Source: Octopus bimaculoides
Lineage: Eukaryota
Assembly (NCBI RefSeq): GCF_001194135.2
Contig: NC_068981.1
Location: 33,356,375-33,420,374, forward strand
DNA: 64,000 bases
Reading direction: 5' to 3'
The notes below the pieces were generated by a model, which had not been told where the DNA came from, searched no databases, and saw only the letters and a program-made list of their open reading frames with translations. Each line of letters opens with the position of its first letter. Position 1 is the first letter of the stretch. Positions 23,932 through 35,800 of the stretch are shown here, piece after piece. The position numbers and the translations under genes are program-made.

Positions 23932-23991
23932 ATGTGTATATATACATATATATATACATATATATATACATATATAGATGTATATATAATG

Positions 23992-24039
<48 letters not shown>

Positions 24040-24379
24040 NNNNNNNNNNNNNNNNNNNNNNNNNNNNNNNNNNNNNNNNNNNNNNNNNNNNNNNNNNNNN
24101 NNNNNNNNNNNNNNNNNNNNNNNNNNNNNNNNNNNNNNNNNNNNNNNNNNNNNNNNNNNNNNNNNNNNNNNNNNNNNNNNNNNNNNNNNNNNNNNNNNNN
24201 NNNNNNNNNNNNNNNNNNNNNNNNNNNNNNNNNNNNNNNNNNNNNNNNNNNNNNNNNNNNNNNNNNNNNNNNNNNNNNNNNNNNNNNNNNNNNNNNNNNN
24301 NNNNNNNNNNNNNNNNNNNNNNNNNNNNNNNNNNNNNNNNNNNNNNNNNNNNNNNNNNNNNNNNNNNNNNNNNNNNNNN

Positions 24380-24423
<44 letters not shown>

Positions 24424-24510
24424 TAAATACATATACATATATATATTATATACACACACATACATATACATATATATATATTATATACACACACATACAT
24501 ATACACTCAC
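23100..24510 (-). repeat. Compound (TA/CA)n field with three stacked RTE-type tails
   Basis: Tails on the minus strand at about 23305-23385, 23530-23685 and 23686-23900, each starting at (ATC)n TTTAAC; two N-gaps inside the microsatellites. Confidence 0.85.
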
Positions 24511-24829
24511 ACAACAGACATACATACATACAAGCTCTGACAAAGCAATGGGAATAATAACTGGAGGTGCCATGTTCCTATAGATGAAATACCTGTAAGC
24601 TAATAAATGTAATTATATAACTCTAATTCTTTTGTTACTTAATTAACATCATATATATTTATATATTTGATGATGTCACCTTCCTTAGGCACTACCCTGA
24701 GTTTCATGTATCACCTTCTTGGTTGCAACTTTAAAAAAATAAATAAACTCTACAATATGGATTGAGTGTATTTTTTATTATTTCATGATTTTAAATTCAA
24801 GCACTTATGTGTGTGTTTGTTGAAGAGTG

Positions 24830-25061
24830 TGGAGGTGCGTGGCTTAATGGTTGTGGTTTCGATTCCTGGACCGGGTGACGCGTTGTGTTCTTGAGCAAAA
24901 CTCTTTATTTTACGTTGCTCCAGTCCGCACAGCTGGCAAAAATGAGTAACGCTGCAATGGACTGGCGTCCTGTCCAGCTGGGGAACACATACGCCATTGA
25001 AACCGGGAAACCGGGCCCATGAGCCTGGCTAGGCTTTAAAAGGGCGCATTTATTATTTTAT
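24830..25061 (+). mobile_element. Young SINE (family C-type head) with 14-bp TSD and deleted tRNA mid-section
   Basis: TTTGTTGAAGAGTG at 24816-24829 and 25062-25075; head TGGAGGTGCGTGGCTTAATGGTT|GTGGTTTCGATTCC; (ATTT)n-like tail; homologue with intact head at 27290-27525 (minus). Confidence 0.9.
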
Positions 25062-25859
25062 TTTGTTGAAGAGTGCGACTAAATCCATCATAACCTTTTT
25101 AACCAATCACAGCAAGGAAAATCTAGCATCCTGATGTTAGTAATGAACACACACACACAGAGTTAAAAAGGCCTTGCCTAATTTTTAATTACCAAAATGT
25201 TAACAGAAGTAAAGTCAACTGTACATCGCATTTTTGTATATATATATAAATCACTGTTTATCCAGAAAAGAGAAACTTGTTTTCTATCATAACATAGGAA
25301 ATCAAAGAATGAAAAGCTTTTCTGTAATTGATGTGACTGTTGGGGATTTTAATATATCATTTTTGCTTTTTAATGAATGTTGTCAAATAAACTCACAAAA
25401 AGAATTCCAAAGAAATCCAAATTTAAAACTGAAAGTCTATCCAGTCTCTTTAATATGGAGAACCTAATAAGACTTTTAGTCTATTTAATTACATTGGGAT
25501 AGACGGGATGCACAAGATAGTATTAAGAGAAAGTTTTCTAATTCCTTCCACCGTCACAAATCTACAGAGAGGTAATGAAAGGATTAAAGGGCCTACAATG
25601 TGAACACTTCTTTCTTGACCCCCTTTATTAAGAGGGAGGGAGAGATGGTGATTTTCTAATAAAAACTTCCATTTATTTTAGTTAAAGCCAAAGATGTTAA
25701 TAACTAATGAATATGGAAACTGTCCAATATATTAGAGTAATACTTCACTGGAATATAAACATTGAGTGTTGGGAAGATAAGTAATTTCACAAATTTTCAT
25801 CTCCATGTGAAAGGAAAAACTTCTTTACTTTACACTACATTTTTCTTCTGATTATCCCT

Positions 25860-26090
25860 TCTTGTAGATATGGTTGTCTGGTTACGAAGCTTAATTCACA
25901 ACCACATTATTTTTGATTCAGTTCCAGTAGGTGACACTCTGGACTGATGTCTTTTACTAGTGAAATGAAAAGTTCATTTCACTAGTAAAAACTGGCAAGG
26001 AGAAGAGTATCTGACCAAAGAAAATCTGCCTCAATAAAGTTTCTTCTAACCCATACCAGCGTGGAAAAAATGGATACAGAAACAATGATG
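25860..26090 (+). mobile_element. Rearranged SINE A / RTE-tail chimera with a hairpin at the junction
   Basis: Decayed head, then perfect inverted repeat TTTTACTAGTGAAATGAA-AAG-TTCATTTCACTAGTAAAA (25952-25990), then tail ...AACCCATACCAGCGTGGAAAA. Confidence 0.7.
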
Positions 26091-26164
26091 GTTGTTACTG
26101 GCTTAAAAGAACAACCAAATATTGGTATATAATAAAATGAAGAAAAATAAAATACAGTTCTATA

Positions 26165-26265
26165 TTTAAGAGATTAGGAAGGCTGGAGGGTATATCAGCC
26201 AAAACGTTGTGTTAACAACAAACAAGATGAGGACAAATATCCGTCAAATGTAAATAACGTAAATA
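26165..26265 (+). mobile_element. Possible Penelope-like terminal fragment with decayed hammerhead-like motif
   Basis: GGCTG-GAGGGTATAT-CAGCC stem followed by AAAACGTT (GAAAC-like); the upstream CTGANGA is not intact. Confidence 0.35.
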
Positions 26266-26584
26266 AAATATAGTTTGTCTTTATACTGAGCTACAAGGCT
26301 AAAGTCACAATTAACTCATAAAGTAATGATAGAAGAAAAATGTGCATAAAAAAGTGTTTAACATGGAGGGTTGAATGTAGAGAATTTATAGGTATAGCCA
26401 TGTACTTAAGAAGTATTCTTTACAACTGGATGATTCCAAATTTGAGCCCGCTGCATAGCACCTTAGACAAGCATCTTCTGCTGTAGGTCAGACCGACTAA
26501 TGCCTTGAGAGTAAAATTTAATAGATAGAGATTATGCTGAAGCCTATCATGTACATACATGTGTTTGTACATATTTATATATGT

Positions 26585-26754
26585 AAGGTGTATTTCGTCT
26601 GTCTTTACGTTCTGAGTTAAATTCCACCAAAGTCAACTTTGCCTCTCATCCTTTCGGGGTTGATAAATTAAATACCAGTTGCATACAGGGGTCGATCTAA
26701 TCAACTGGCCCCCTTGCCCAAAGATTTCGGGCTTTGTGCCTAGAGTGGAACAGT
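26585..26754 (+). mobile_element. Young 5'-truncated SINE B inserted in the hinge of an older SINE A
   Basis: ATATTTATATATGT at 26571-26584 and 26755-26768; decayed SINE A head at about 26390-26550. Confidence 0.85.
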
Positions 26755-26893
26755 ATATTTATATATGTGTATGTGTATGTATATCAGAGTGTGTTTCTGT
26801 GTGTATGTATATACGTACACCTATGTAAAATTGTGTGCTGAGTTGCTTTCTTTTATGCCAAAAGGTAACCTACCCATTTGATAGAAACCAAAT

Positions 26894-27265
26894 ATAATGA
26901 GCACTCAGAGAGCACAAACCTCCGCCAAGGCAACACCAACATCCTCTCAACGATTAGCCAGAGATGATTTTTAAAATGAGAATATCTGAAATAAACTCGA
27001 CTGTTCTCACGAACAAGAATACTAAAAATGAACCCAACCACTCTCAAAAATTAAGTAAAAAAAACGGAAAGATAACCCAGAATCTTTGTCTAGTATCAGA
27101 CAATCCCCAAATTTAATCAGTTCATGCCAGTCATGAGGTCAAATATCCCTGAAAATTTCATCCAAATCCATCCAGCAGTTCTTGAGGTATCTTGTCCATG
27201 GACAAACAAACAGACAAACACAAGTGAAATCAATACCTCTGCCTTCACTAAGGAGGAGGTAATAA
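26894..27265 (+). mobile_element. Helentron-associated (HINE-like) non-autonomous element
   Basis: Subterminal ACCTCCGCCAAGG (26918-30), (GACA/AAAC)n near 27200-27220, and terminal stem-loop TACCTCTGCCTT-CACT-AAGGAGGAGGTA (27234-27261). Confidence 0.6.
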
Positions 27266-27289
27266 GTAAAAAGAAAAAATCAAAGGTTC

Positions 27290-27525
27290 TTCTCAAGCCA
27301 TAAGCTCATAAGGACAGTTTCCCAGATTCTGTGGTGTATATACTCACCACTGGACAGGACAAAAGTTCATTGCAGAATTACCAATTTTTGCCAACCAAGT
27401 GGACTGGAGCAACATGAAATGAAGAGTTTTGCGCAAGAACACAAAGCATCATCCAGTCCAGCAATTGAAATCACAGTCTTACAATCATGAGTGCAACACC
27501 CTAACCACTAAACCATGCACCTCCA
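27290..27525 (-). mobile_element. SINE of the same family as 24830-25061, with complete tRNA-like head
   Basis: Minus strand TGGAGGTGCATGGTTTAGTGGTTAGGGTGTTGCACTCATGATTGTAAGACTGTGATTTCAATTGC...GTGTTCTTGCGCAAAAC..GTTGCTCCAGTCCAC. Confidence 0.8.
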
Positions 27526-28209
27526 AAATATAATAAGTACCAGACTGGAACAAGTACTCGGGTCAATATGATCAACTAAAAAAAAACCCTGATAATGGTA
27601 TTTCAGCATGTTTGTAAGCCAATTATTAAAACCTGTAAAAACTTATATGCCAACATCAAATTAAAGTGTTTAAATTCATGTATAAAAGCCAAATCAGGAT
27701 TTCTTTTAAATCTCCATACTAAAGTTTCTAAGAAGAAAGTATAAGGGGAAAGTACCAAACAAAGATGTTAACACTTATATTAAAATGTGTAATAGAGAGT
27801 TGTAAAGGAAGTGAGAAATGGAAAAGATAACAAAGGCAAGCATTTAGTTATTATAACTTACATTTGCTCATGACATATATATATATATATATATATATAT
27901 TGGTGACTTATGTCATTGTGTAGTAAAACTCTTAACATTATGGGATACAGCATAAAGCAGCAGGACCTCAAGTGGCTACAGTCATTATTAGTTCACTTAA
28001 CCAAAACCTCCACTTCAAATGTTCAAGTACAGTGCAGAAGTTTTCTCAAATTAATAATGAAGATCTCAAATCATAATGAGTAACATAACAGTTTGATAAG
28101 AATTTCTTTTGTTTAGCCATTTTATAGAATGACTACTGAAATTTAAAAAGGTATTATATTTGATTTCTTTTACCTAGTCTTAAGGTCGACTTTCTTTAAC
28201 TCTTTCTTT

Positions 28210-28415
28210 TATCTTTTGCTTCTTTCAGTCATTGAACTGTGGCCAGGCTTCAGCACTGTCTTGAAAGGTTAAGTCGAACAATCAACCCCAGTATTTATTT
28301 TTCTAAGTCTGGTACTTAGTCTATCAGTCACTTTTGCCAAACTGCTGTTATGAGAATATAAACAAACCAACACCAGCTGTTAAATGGTGAGAGAGACACA
28401 TGCACACACACATGT

Positions 28416-28460
<45 letters not shown>

Positions 28461-28570
28461 TACAACAGGTTTCCACACAGTCTCCATCTACCAAATTCAT
28501 TCACAAAGCATTGGTCAACCTGAGGGGGTTAAAAAAAGGAGACATTTGTCCAAGTTGCCACATAGTTGCA
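28210..28570 (-). mobile_element. SINE family A with tail b
   Basis: Reverse-complement homology to 20508-20882, including the (TA)n hinge; similar decayed copy at 57200-57500. Confidence 0.75.
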
Positions 28571-28743
28571 ATGCAAGCCTGTACCTATAAGATTAAGATG
28601 ACTAAATAAAATATATTTCTCATTGTAACACCTCCAACGTCAACAGGAATTGAACCTAAAATGCAAACTGGTTAACCGAAACACTGTAAGGTACACAAAT
28701 GTTTCAAAGTCAGTAAAAGATATATTATACAGAGCCACTTTAA

Positions 28744-28966
28744 CCCTTTTGATACCAACCTGGCTGAAACCACCTCTGGCTCTGAAAATACAAATGTCTT
28801 GTTTTCATCAGTTTTGAATGAAAATCCTCCATCAAACCTTCATCACAATTTATGTTCCTAACACTAGCTTAACAATAACTAAGTTATTTTACTAAATTCT
28901 TCATTATATTTAAAATTAATTGAAAGAAACACAGAGCATTTCAAAATAAATACGGTAATGAAAGGG
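28744..28966. mobile_element. piggyBac-like MITE
   Basis: TTAA|CCCTTTTGATACC ... GGTAATGAAAGGG|TCAA: CCC/GGG termini with TTAA-type flanks. Confidence 0.7.
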
Positions 28967-31169
28967 TCAAAACAGAATGTACTGGCTCAGAGGAAATGAC
29001 TAAAGATAACAAGAAATAAAAAAGGAAAGGAATACACAACACACAAAAAAAAAAATTTTTAATCGCAAGTCAATGAAAGCATCGCAAATATTTATAATAA
29101 AAGGAATATATAACATTTCCATTTAAAATAAATTAAGCCTTACTTTTAATGACAGAACATATATCATAATCCTATCATCAGAGGAAGTTAATGGTTTTTA
29201 AAGGGATGACTGAGGTAACAAATGCTTTTAAAACAGATACTATAAACCTCTCTGTTCTAACATACCAGTCAAAAGAGTTAAATTAATGCATTCTTGGTGA
29301 AATGAAAAATCTCTATAAAAGAGGTACATTTTTTTGTATTATTTTCTACAGCAATTCCTTATGTATAAGCATTTGTTTGTTCATTTAACCTCCTATTTTT
29401 TATGCTTGCATGATTTGAATGGAGACATTTGAGGTAGGATTTTAAGGCTGGATGCTCTTCCTGTTTCCAACCCTAACCTGTTTTTGTTTTGTTTTTTTTT
29501 TTGTTTTTCTTTGTGTAAGGGATTTATTATTCCACAGGTCTTCAAAAGAACAAAGTGAGCAGTCATAATATAACTGAGTATTTTATAAAAAAAAATCCTC
29601 ATTTCACTCTAGCAAAATTGGAATTTTTTCAAAATTCATGCACACACACATTCATATTTATGCATGCATGCATAAACAAATGTGTTTATGCAAGTGTACA
29701 TGACTGTTAACATACATGTATGTATGCATCCATACAGAGCCTCTTACAGTTTTTATCTACTAAATTCATTCACAAGGCATTGGATGCTCTGGGGCTATAA
29801 TAGAAAACATTTGCCCGAGATGCTATGGGGTGAGACTGAGCCTAAAACCACATGGTCGCAAAGCAAACTTCTTAACCACCAGGCCACGCCTGTTCCTATT
29901 GCCAAACTATGCTGCATTAATTACCAAAGCCGAGTCTACACTTAAATCACAGATTAACAGGGATGGGTACTAAGATTATTTCTTATCTTTCTGAATGAAA
30001 TAAGCAGGGCAAATGGAAAGAGTTGGTTTCAATAAAACAAGTTCCGAATACATAAAAAGAAAAGCAGAAATGTCTTGACGTATTTTTACATACATACGTG
30101 TGTGCGTGTGTGTGTGTATGACTCAAGAATATTATTTTTCCATTAGATTAATACGTAAAGCTAAAATATATGGCTCTGTAACAAAAGAAAGAAAACTTCC
30201 TAGTGACGGTAATCTCAATGACCGTAAAAGGTTGGAAATAGTCACTAGGTGCAATGTTTCCATTGCCTTTGTTGTTATTACTGCTATGACTTTAAAAGCC
30301 TCATACAAATTTCCACTAACAATGTACATCATAATTATACATAGTACACTAGACCAAAGTTTTGGAGTAATGTCAATTAATTGTTGGTCTTGTCTAGACC
30401 ATACATGTTCTAGATGAAATATTGGGGATAATAAGGCAAGACCATTTTGTGTCTACAGATAATGAAGACATCTAAGTCAGTAACATAGGGTATTATACAT
30501 AACATTATTTCTTTCTTGGCATAACCTTTCAGCCAACGAAAACAAAAACATTGAATATGTTAAAGCATAAAAGCTGATCAGATAATGAATTAATTATAGA
30601 TATTAATTAATGACTCTATCTGGTCTAGTGACATGATTGAACAAGACTGGATAGTTTATTTAATGCCAATCATATACTGTTGTTTTCTGTTTAATTTATT
30701 GAACCTTAAATCAAATTAACCTGCTTATTCATCAAACAGGAAAATTTTAAAAAGAAATACTAATTAGTGTCAAACATCTCTTGACATTATAACAATCTTT
30801 ATTTGAAAAAAAAAAAAAAGAAAACAACAGCAGCAGTAGCTACCCAGATCAGCAGGATCTTAATGATAACAGACTAACACTCCTATTTATGAGTCATACT
30901 CTCCAGTTTTATGAATGCCTGTAGCTCATGGAAATATCATTATTATTAAACATTCTCTCTCTNNNNNNNNNNNNNNNNNNNNNNNNNNNNNNNNNNNTCT
31001 CTCTCTCTCTGGCCAGGTAAGCATGTACCTCCTCTACAGCAAGACTTCTGTTTCTGTCTCTCTGTCACTCTAACCTTTCATTATCTGACACAAGATCACC
31101 TCCTCCAATGTCTCCTCCCCTCTCAAAGATTCTTTGTCTTGCAAAGTTACCCGGTGACCCTACCAGTGC

Positions 31170-31460
31170 AGGGGCTACTTAAAAAGCATCCAACCCACAC
31201 TGTAAAGTGCTTGGCATTTGGAAGGGCATCTAGCTGTAAAAAACCATGCCAAAACTGACCTCGCCTGTGCTTGGTCCCACATAAAAAGCACTTAGCTCAC
31301 TCTGTGGGGTGGTAGGTGTTAGGAAGGGCATCCAGCTGTAAGAACTGTGCCAAAACAGACACTGAAGCCTGGTGTTGTCTTCTGCCTGGTCAGCTCCTGT
31401 CAAACCATCCAACCCATGCCAGCATGGAAAGGAGGACGTTAAACGATGAAATGATGATGG
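31170..31460 (+). mobile_element. RTE-type 3'UTR/tail element
   Basis: CACATAAAAAGCAC..AGGAAGGGCATCCAGCTG..CCAACCCATGCCAGCATGGAAAGGAGGACGTTAAACGATG. Confidence 0.8.
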
Positions 31461-32109
31461 TGTTGGAAGTGAAGAAATGGACAATAGAACAAATGTGATA
31501 TTTTCTAAAGTTAAACCAATCACTTTAACCTATTTTTTCACTTACATCATGAAACTAAATTAACAAATTTAATACACTACATATCTCTTTCAGATTACCA
31601 TTCTGCACTGTTTGCTACAAAAGCATGATTTATACTTTACAGGTGTGATTGTCTAGTTAAGAGGTTTGCTTCCCAGTGACTTGGTTCCAAATTCAGCTGC
31701 ACTACATGGCACTTGGGACATCCATTTTCTGCTCTAGCTTCAAGCCAACCAAGCTCCACTGTCTGTTTTGGCATGGTTTTTACAGTTGGATGCCTTTCTT
31801 AATGCCAACCACTTTAGAGGGTGGATAGGATGATTTTCATGTAGCACCAGCAGGTGTCTTTCAGTTTCCATCCATCAAATCCGGCCACAAGGCCCTGGCT
31901 GGCCAGGAACCATAGCAGAAGATACAATAATAATTGTTTCTAATATAGACACAATGCCAGCGATTATGAGGGGAGGGGTAAGTCAATACTATTAATCCCA
32001 GTACTTGACTAGTACTTTATTTTTAGAGAGATAAAACACAAAGTTGATCCTAGCATGATTTGCACTGCAAACAATCAGAAGAAATACCACAAAGTAATAA
32101 TTCTTTCTA

Positions 32110-32665
32110 TCAAAATCGAAATCGAACCAAATTCGACGACTGGCACCCATACCGACCTTCCTTCATTGGACACTAAACTCAGCTTGAGAAGACCTGTTGG
32201 GACAAGAGAGATTGAAACTGAACCAAATTCATTGACTGGCACCCTTGCCAGTGGAGCACAAACAGCACCATCCGAGCGGTCTCACTGCCAGAGCAGCAGT
32301 CTCGCTTCCATGCCAGTGGCACATAAAAAGCACCATTTGAGTGCGATCGTTTCCAGCTTCGCCTTACTGGCACTTGTACCGGTGGCATGTGAACAAAACA
32401 TTGGACTGACTCCTATGCAGGCGGCACGTAAAAAACACCATTTGAGCGTGGCCATTGCCAGTACCACCGGTCTGGCCCTCATGCCGGTGGCACATAAAAA
32501 GCACTCACTACACTCTCAGAATGGTTGGCATTAGGAAGGGCATCCAACTATAGAAACTCTGCCAGATCAGATTGGAGTCTGGTGTAACCATCTGGTTCGC
32601 CAGTCCCCAGTCAAATCGTCCAACCCATGCTAGCATGGAAAGCGGATGTTAAATGATGATGATGA
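32110..32665 (+). mobile_element. RTE-type 3'UTR with internal module repeats
   Basis: Direct repeat ATYGAAA..GAACCAAATTC...GACTGGCACCC at about 32116 and 32210; GGCACRTAAAAA(G/C)CAC at about 32317, 32423 and 32489; standard tail ending TTAAATGATGATGATG. Confidence 0.85.
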
Positions 32666-32689
32666 ATATAGGTATAAGACTTCAACTTT

Positions 32690-32850
32690 GGAGAGAGGTA
32701 GTCAGTCGATCAAATTCATCCCAGTAGTTAGCCAGTACTTTATTTCATCAGCTTTAGAAAGATGAAAGGCAAAGTTGACTTTAGTAGAATTTGAACTCAG
32801 AATGTAGAGAGCCAGAACAAATACTGCCAGGCATTTGTCCAATGTTCTAG
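32690..32850 (-). mobile_element. SINE family B
   Basis: GATGAAAGGCAAAGTTGAC..GAATTTGAACTCAGAATG..AAATACTGC. Confidence 0.75.
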
Positions 32851-35800
32851 CATCTAACATAAATCAATAAAAGGTTAACTTATCCATCTGTCATCCACAC
32901 AATCACAGACCAAATCAATACACCTTAGCATGATTTAATAACTTCATGAAGTGATTTAAAGTTAATTCTACCTTTTTGAAGAGCAGAAGTGATATCAATA
33001 ATTACAGTTTTAAGTGTAGTCTTTGATGGAATATCTAACACATATATTTTGAGAGAAGTAGACTGCTTCTTTCACAGAACTAAGTATAGTATGCTAAAAG
33101 TATAGATTATTCTCCCAATTTAGTTGCACAGTGACAAGGTGTACATAAGTGGAGAGGATCTTATGTAATTCATATTGACATTTTGATTTATGAGGATTAT
33201 CAAGTTAGAATATATGAAGAATATATGAATTCCTATAAAAAAATTAAAAAAACTAAGTTCATCATCGTAATAATCATCAATCATTGATTCCTAGTTGATA
33301 TGCTTGCTCAATGAAACAAAATACCTTTAATTCTATTTTGCCCCAACTTACTTTCAATGTCAAACTAACATATAATATGACAATGTCACACTGTATTTTT
33401 CTCTGCTCCAACTACTCTTTACTGGGCCATAGAAATTTCTAATTCTCTATATATCATACAGGTGTTTTACATGTTTATAACAGTAATTTTAGATAATATA
33501 CTGACCAATAACTTTGACATCATGCCACCAGTTTAACACAAGTGTCTGAGCATTAGTACCCTTGCCAAAATTCGCTATGTTGCAAGCATTCATAACAAAA
33601 TCCACTCACCCTCTGGTTCCCACTCTGTCCCTTTTTTTCTCCTAAAACTTTGACCTACAGATGTTTAGATTGGGCATTGACTGCACCAGTCTCTCCTGCC
33701 TAACAAGCCTTTTTATATTACTCAAAAATAGAAAAATATTACACAAGAAATGGAAGTAAAATCACTAATATATATAATGTATTAAATATAATGTTAAAAC
33801 TTGTAAGATTATTAGATATAATCTAAGAATGAAATTATTTTGAATAAATTTGTTTTATGAGAGATACTTTTAGCAAAAATTATTAATATCTCCAGGATAG
33901 TCACAATGATTTTATTTCCAAGTCACATGAATAAAAATTAATATAAAGATTTAATCATCAAATTTACAGTAAAAACGAAGCTGCCCTCAAATACTTCCAC
34001 AGGCTTGTGTTTAAATCAAGAACAACTTCATACTAAAATGGTTAAGAATAGCCAGACAGCTAACCAACAAGAAAGCTCAACTAAATTGGACACATCAAAC
34101 AATTTAACTAAAGAAAAATGCTCAAGATGAATTACAGAGCTAGATTGTAAAAGTAATAATTTGGTTTCTGATTTTACATCATATGGTTGGTGCTTAACTC
34201 CACTTCAAAGATACTGAACAGATGAGATAAATCTTAACTCAGACACAACATCTGTATATTGCAAATAACAATCCTGGAAGTATGGGTGACCTCTAGCCCT
34301 TAGGATTAAATATTCAGCCTAGATGCACAGCAACATGTTTGCATTGAATTTGAACTCAGTTGGTTTCCCATCTTTGCTAGCTTGCCTAAAATTAGATTGA
34401 AAGTTTATAAACACAATTTCAAGATACATTAATGTCAACCTAACCTTTTTACTACATTTGACTTGTACTTAGAATATAGTGAAATAAATAGTAAAATGAC
34501 ATTGATATCTGTTGAAATATGTGTACAATTTATCAATGATACAGTTGACTAGTTCTGTGTCATCAAATAAAAATAACTTGCTATTTGAATTAATTCAGAG
34601 ATAAAAATAAAAAAGGGAATTAAGCAATCTAAAATTAAACCACACTCTTCAATACTTTATTCCATAATATTGAAGACTTTTAAAGTACATTACAGAGTGG
34701 ATAACCACAGCTCACTTATTAATCAGAGGAGTCCAATGAGTATTATTCTAACACTTAACTTTCAATGACCAAGTTCAGCTAGTTGCTGATAGGAACAATA
34801 GAGAGGTATATTTCATTATTTTTAACTGAGACTGTGTTTCATTTGCTTGATGTAGTGAGATCAAATTCTCCTATATGCAAAATTTGGAATGAATTGGTAT
34901 CATCTGGAGGAATGCATGAAATTCATGGGTTTCATGGTGTGAAAACTGTGAAAGGTTCACAATGCAGAAGTATCTTCACAGCAAACAGACTATAAATTCT
35001 GTTTTCCTTTGAAGATATAATGTATTATAAAAGTGAGAAAATGGATGATCATGTCCAATCAAAAGATCAGTAGTTTGTATTCTTTCACTGACACAGCATG
35101 TATCTGAGATCAAGGTACATGGCTCTAGAAAACCAGGTCCACTAAAATATTAGAATAGACTACGAAAAGTATAACACCACAATGATAATGCTATCGTTAG
35201 TGCTAATGATTTTTCTATTTGCTGTATGGTATGCAGTACTTTTCATGGGAAAAATTATTTGCAATTGCCTAGAACCTATCCAGGGGTATGATTAGTTTTT
35301 ACTTTTGCTCCTATAATGCTTCAACAATCGTTGGATCCTTGTGAATTGGATAGGAATTACGTCCAGAAAAACTGCTGCAGAAAATAAGAATTACATTTAC
35401 AAAAGCATTATTTGATGTTGGATGAGAATTATATTAATAAAATTAATAAAAATCATTAGCAGTGAATTTTTCCAAGGAAATAGGAAATTCTGTATTCTGT
35501 AGAGTTTTATGGTTGTTTCACTTTTAATAACAACTTCTCTACCACACATTTTCTGAAGAATTTGGTTAAATCAACCTGATATATCCATTTTGATTACCAA
35601 AATAAGGTTTGGGCTCTTGCACTATTTGTCACAATGTTAAACCCAAAGACATTACAACTCTATTATATTATTTTAAGTTTTCATGCCTAACATTTCTATA
35701 ATAAAAATATCTTATGATTTCATGGCTTTTAGAATCTCTTCTTTAACAAGTTTAGTCTCTCATCTAAGATCTCACAATACACAACCGTTCTCTTAAAACA

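Noticed and set aside
32055-32534. 159-aa ORF with repeated VAHKKHH motifs
   Set aside because: It lies wholly in the GC-richer repeated RTE 3'UTR; the peptide repeats mirror the DNA modules, and other copies do not keep the frame
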